From Macrostomum lignano (Eukaryota), in NCBI GenBank assembly GCA_002269645.1, contig NIVC01001941.1, positions 25,910 to 89,909 of the forward strand: a stretch of DNA of 64,000 nt, in the 5' to 3' direction. A program made the position numbers and the translations under genes. Position 1 is the first letter of the stretch, and each line of letters starts with the position of its first letter. Below the pieces are notes generated by a model. That model ran no database searches, was not told the origin of the DNA, and saw only the letters and a program-made list of their open reading frames with translations. Shown one piece after another: positions 61,401 to 64,000 of the stretch.

Positions 61401-62105
61401 GAAGCGACACCATGTCGAACATAAAAGAGCCACCATGTCGAACATTAAAGAGCCACCATGTCGAACATAAAAGAGCTACCATGTCAAACATTAAAGAGCC
61501 ACCATGTCAAACATAGAAGAGCCACCATGTCAGACATTAAAAAGCCACCGTATCAAACATAAAAGAGTTACCGTGTAGAACAAAAAACAGCCACCATGTC
61601 GAACATAAAAGAGCCACCATGTAGAATATTAAAGAGCCACCATGTCAAACATTTAAGAGCCACCATGTCAAACATTAAAAAGCCACCAGGTCAAACATGA
61701 AAGTGCCACCATGTAAAACATTAAAGAGCCACCATGTCAAACATATACGTAACTCCATGTCAAACATTGAAGAGACCCCATGTCAAACATTAAAGAGCCA
61801 CTATGTCGAACATAAAGAGCCACTATGTAGAATATTAAAGAGCCACCATGAAGAACATTAAAGAGCCACCATGTCAAACATTTAAGAGCCACCATGTCAG
61901 ACATTAAAAAGCCACCGTATCAAACATAAAAGAGTTACCATGTAGAACATTAAAGAGCCACCATTTCAAACAGTAAAGAGCCACCATGTCAAACAGTAAA
62001 GAGCCACCATGTCAAATAAAAGAGCCACCATGTCAACATAAAGAGCCACCATGTCAAAAATTAAAGAGCCACCATGTCAAACATAAAAGATACACAATTT
62101 CAAAC
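58480..62105. repeat. 23-bp satellite (aaacattaaagagccaccatgtc) with higher-order structure
   Basis: About 155 diverged units; exact 184-bp (8-unit) duplication at 59597/59781; block ~59340-59780 recurs ~1448 bp downstream. Confidence 0.95.
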
Positions 62106-62174
62106 GTAAAAGTGCGAATTTTAAAGGAGCCACTATATGCTAAGGAAATTGTCGCACTAGCTACTTATTGTCTG

Positions 62175-62415
62175 GTGGATGCTTGCTATTTGGGGATGCT
62201 ATCTATGTGGGGGGATGCTTGCTCTCTGGAAGATGCTTGCTATCTGGGGGAAGCTTGCTATCTTGGGATGCTTGCTATCTGGGGGATCCTTGCTATCTGG
62301 GGGTGCTTGCTATCTGGGGATGCTATCCTTCTGGGGGATGCGTGCTATGTGGGGGATGCTTGCTATCTTTGGGATGCTTGCAATCTGGGGATGCTTGCTA
62401 TCTGGGGGATGCTTG
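62175..62415. repeat. ~17-bp ggggatgcttgctatct tandem repeat
   Basis: Degenerate tandem units. Confidence 0.85.
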
Positions 62416-63234
62416 CTGTCTTGGATGATTTCTTTTTGCATTGCACTTCATTTAAGTATTTTGTCTGTTTTCTTTTTCTTTTTGTTACTTGTAGAGAGCG
62501 GAGATTATTCGTATACAGATGTCCCCAACGGGGGCGAAGATTGCTAGTCTGAACTAACAATTAATCTCTTAAGTTTTCAGTGCAAGCAAACAACTAGCTG
62601 ACAGATAGCAGAGAAGTTGTTTTTTTTCCAAGAGTCTCTGCTGTCTTAGCAGAGCCAGAGCACTGTCTCACATGAGCTGAGCACAGTGCTCCGGCGACCC
62701 CGCCACAGATCGAAGCCTTGACCCATGGCTACACGAACAGACACGGAAAGACATGGCTGATAACATCCAGGCTGCTAAGGTCCGTTGGGAGCTGATCTGC
62801 CGCGTGGAAGAGAAAACATGCGATGGAACTTGAAGCCAAAAAGAGGATCTATAAGTGCTTCGTTTGCCAATGCCAGGAGGCCAGCAGCGCTGCTGGGACA
62901 AAAAGTGCTCGGCTTGGGTTGGGCATCAATTATGAATGCGCGCTTTTTTATCGGAGCTTGAGCTCCAATTTAGGATTTGGACTCAAAAAGTCTGCTCCCT
63001 TAATTCAATGATGCATAGTGAAAGTTTCAATTTCAATTCAATTTTGGTTGATTAGTAGGAAAAGCTTTTGTAGCAAATAAGGCATTTTTAAATAATCGCT
63101 GAAAATGAAAAATTCATGAAATTCATGTCAATATTTAAGCAATTTTGTCTGGAAATGTCTGCCTAAATTTATCGGGGCATTAAATCCGCTATAATTGATG
63201 GACACGGAGGAGCCAGAGAAAGGAAAACTGAGGG

Positions 63235-64000
63235 GAGATTGAGGGGGGAAACAGAGAGGAGGAGACAGAGAGGGGGAGACAGAGAGGGGGGAAACAGAGA
63301 GGAGGAGACAGAGAGGGGGAGACAGAGAGGGGGAGACAGAGGGGGAGACAGAGGGGGCAGACAGAGGGGGAGACAGAGAGGGGGAGACAGAGGGGAAGAC
63401 AGAGAGGGGGAGACAGAGGGGAGACAGAGAGGGGGAAACAGAGAGGGGGAGACAGAGAGGGGGAGACAGAGGGGGAGACAGAGAGGGGAGACAGAAGGGG
63501 CAGACAGAGAGGGGAGACAGAGAGGGGGAGACAGAGAGGGGAGACAGAGAGGGGGAGACAGAGAGGGAGACAGAGAGGGGGGACAGAGGGGGAGACAGAG
63601 AGGGGGAGACAGAGAGGGGGAGACAGAGAGGGGGAGACCGAGAGGGGAGACAGAGAGGGGGAGACAGAGAGGGAGACAGAGAGGGGAGACAGAGAGGGAG
63701 ACAGAGAGGGGGGGACAGAGAGAGGAAACAGAGGGGGAGACAGAGAGGGGAGACAGAGAGGGGAGACAGAGGGGACAGAGAGGGGGAACAGAGAGGGGGA
63801 GACAGAGGGGGACAGAGAGGGGGAACAGAGAGGGAACAGAGAGGGGGAGACAGAGAGGGAGACAGAGAGGGGGAGACAGAGAGGGGGAGACAGAGGGGGA
63901 GACAGAGAGGAGGAGACAGAGGGGGGAAACAGAAAGGGAGGAACTGGGAACTGAGAGGGGGAGACAGGAAGAGGAAGAGGCAAAAGCAGATGGGGAGAGA
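63235..64000. repeat. GA-rich minisatellite (gagacagagaggggg)
   Basis: Purine-rich short-period array running to the window end. Confidence 0.95.

Larger units (their letters stand above)
57896..62547 (+). mobile_element. Probable non-autonomous Helitron enclosing a satellite array
   Basis: 5' A|TCCTATATACTAAAAATGAG...GGCTCAACCGATTTTCTTCAAACTT resembles the 5' ends of invertebrate non-autonomous Helitrons; 3' hairpin CCCC-AAC-GGGG then CTAG|T at 62544-62548. That both ends belong to one element is inferred. Confidence 0.55.

Noticed and set aside
62640-62900. GC-richer stretch that might be an exon
   Set aside because: Short ORFs with stops, no recognisable domain and no partner exons within the window.

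Overview
Eukaryotic (invertebrate animal) genomic DNA with GC-rich exons separated by AT-rich introns full of minisatellites. The style resembles a free-living flatworm such as Macrostomum; this is inference, not a database result. Genes reconstructed by reading splice sites and phases by hand: (1) two tandem, intronless, highly divergent nicotinic-type Cys-loop ligand-gated ion channel genes (3024-4178, 6129-7268, +); (2) a 5-exon signal peptide-CUB-LDLa-TM gene (16826->9800, -), with (3) a synaptotagmin-like tandem-C2 gene nested antisense in its first intron (14087-15748, +); (4) PPP1R36-like (18210-22746, +); (5) a CYP2-clan cytochrome P450 with no obvious N-terminal membrane anchor (25498->23907, -); (6) FSIP1-like (39445->31734, -), head-to-head with (7) an 11-exon, probably myristoylated coiled-coil protein of unknown function (39810-47281, +); (8) a ~2100-aa vitellogenin/large lipid transfer protein gene (56190->49046, -) with one frameshift. 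Mobile DNA includes a modular tRNA-derived SINE family, a CORE-type SINE, a Merlin-like MITE with an 8-bp TSD, and a probable non-autonomous Helitron carrying a 3.6-kb 23-bp satellite. Best candidate for an undescribed system: the Cys-loop pair, which has lost the acetylcholine-binding aromatic box, has near-identical pore regions but divergent ligand loops (a possible chemoreceptor family), and sits tail-to-tail with a LEV-10/NETO/MIG-13-like CUB-LDLa membrane protein. Most long six-frame ORFs in repeats are artefacts.
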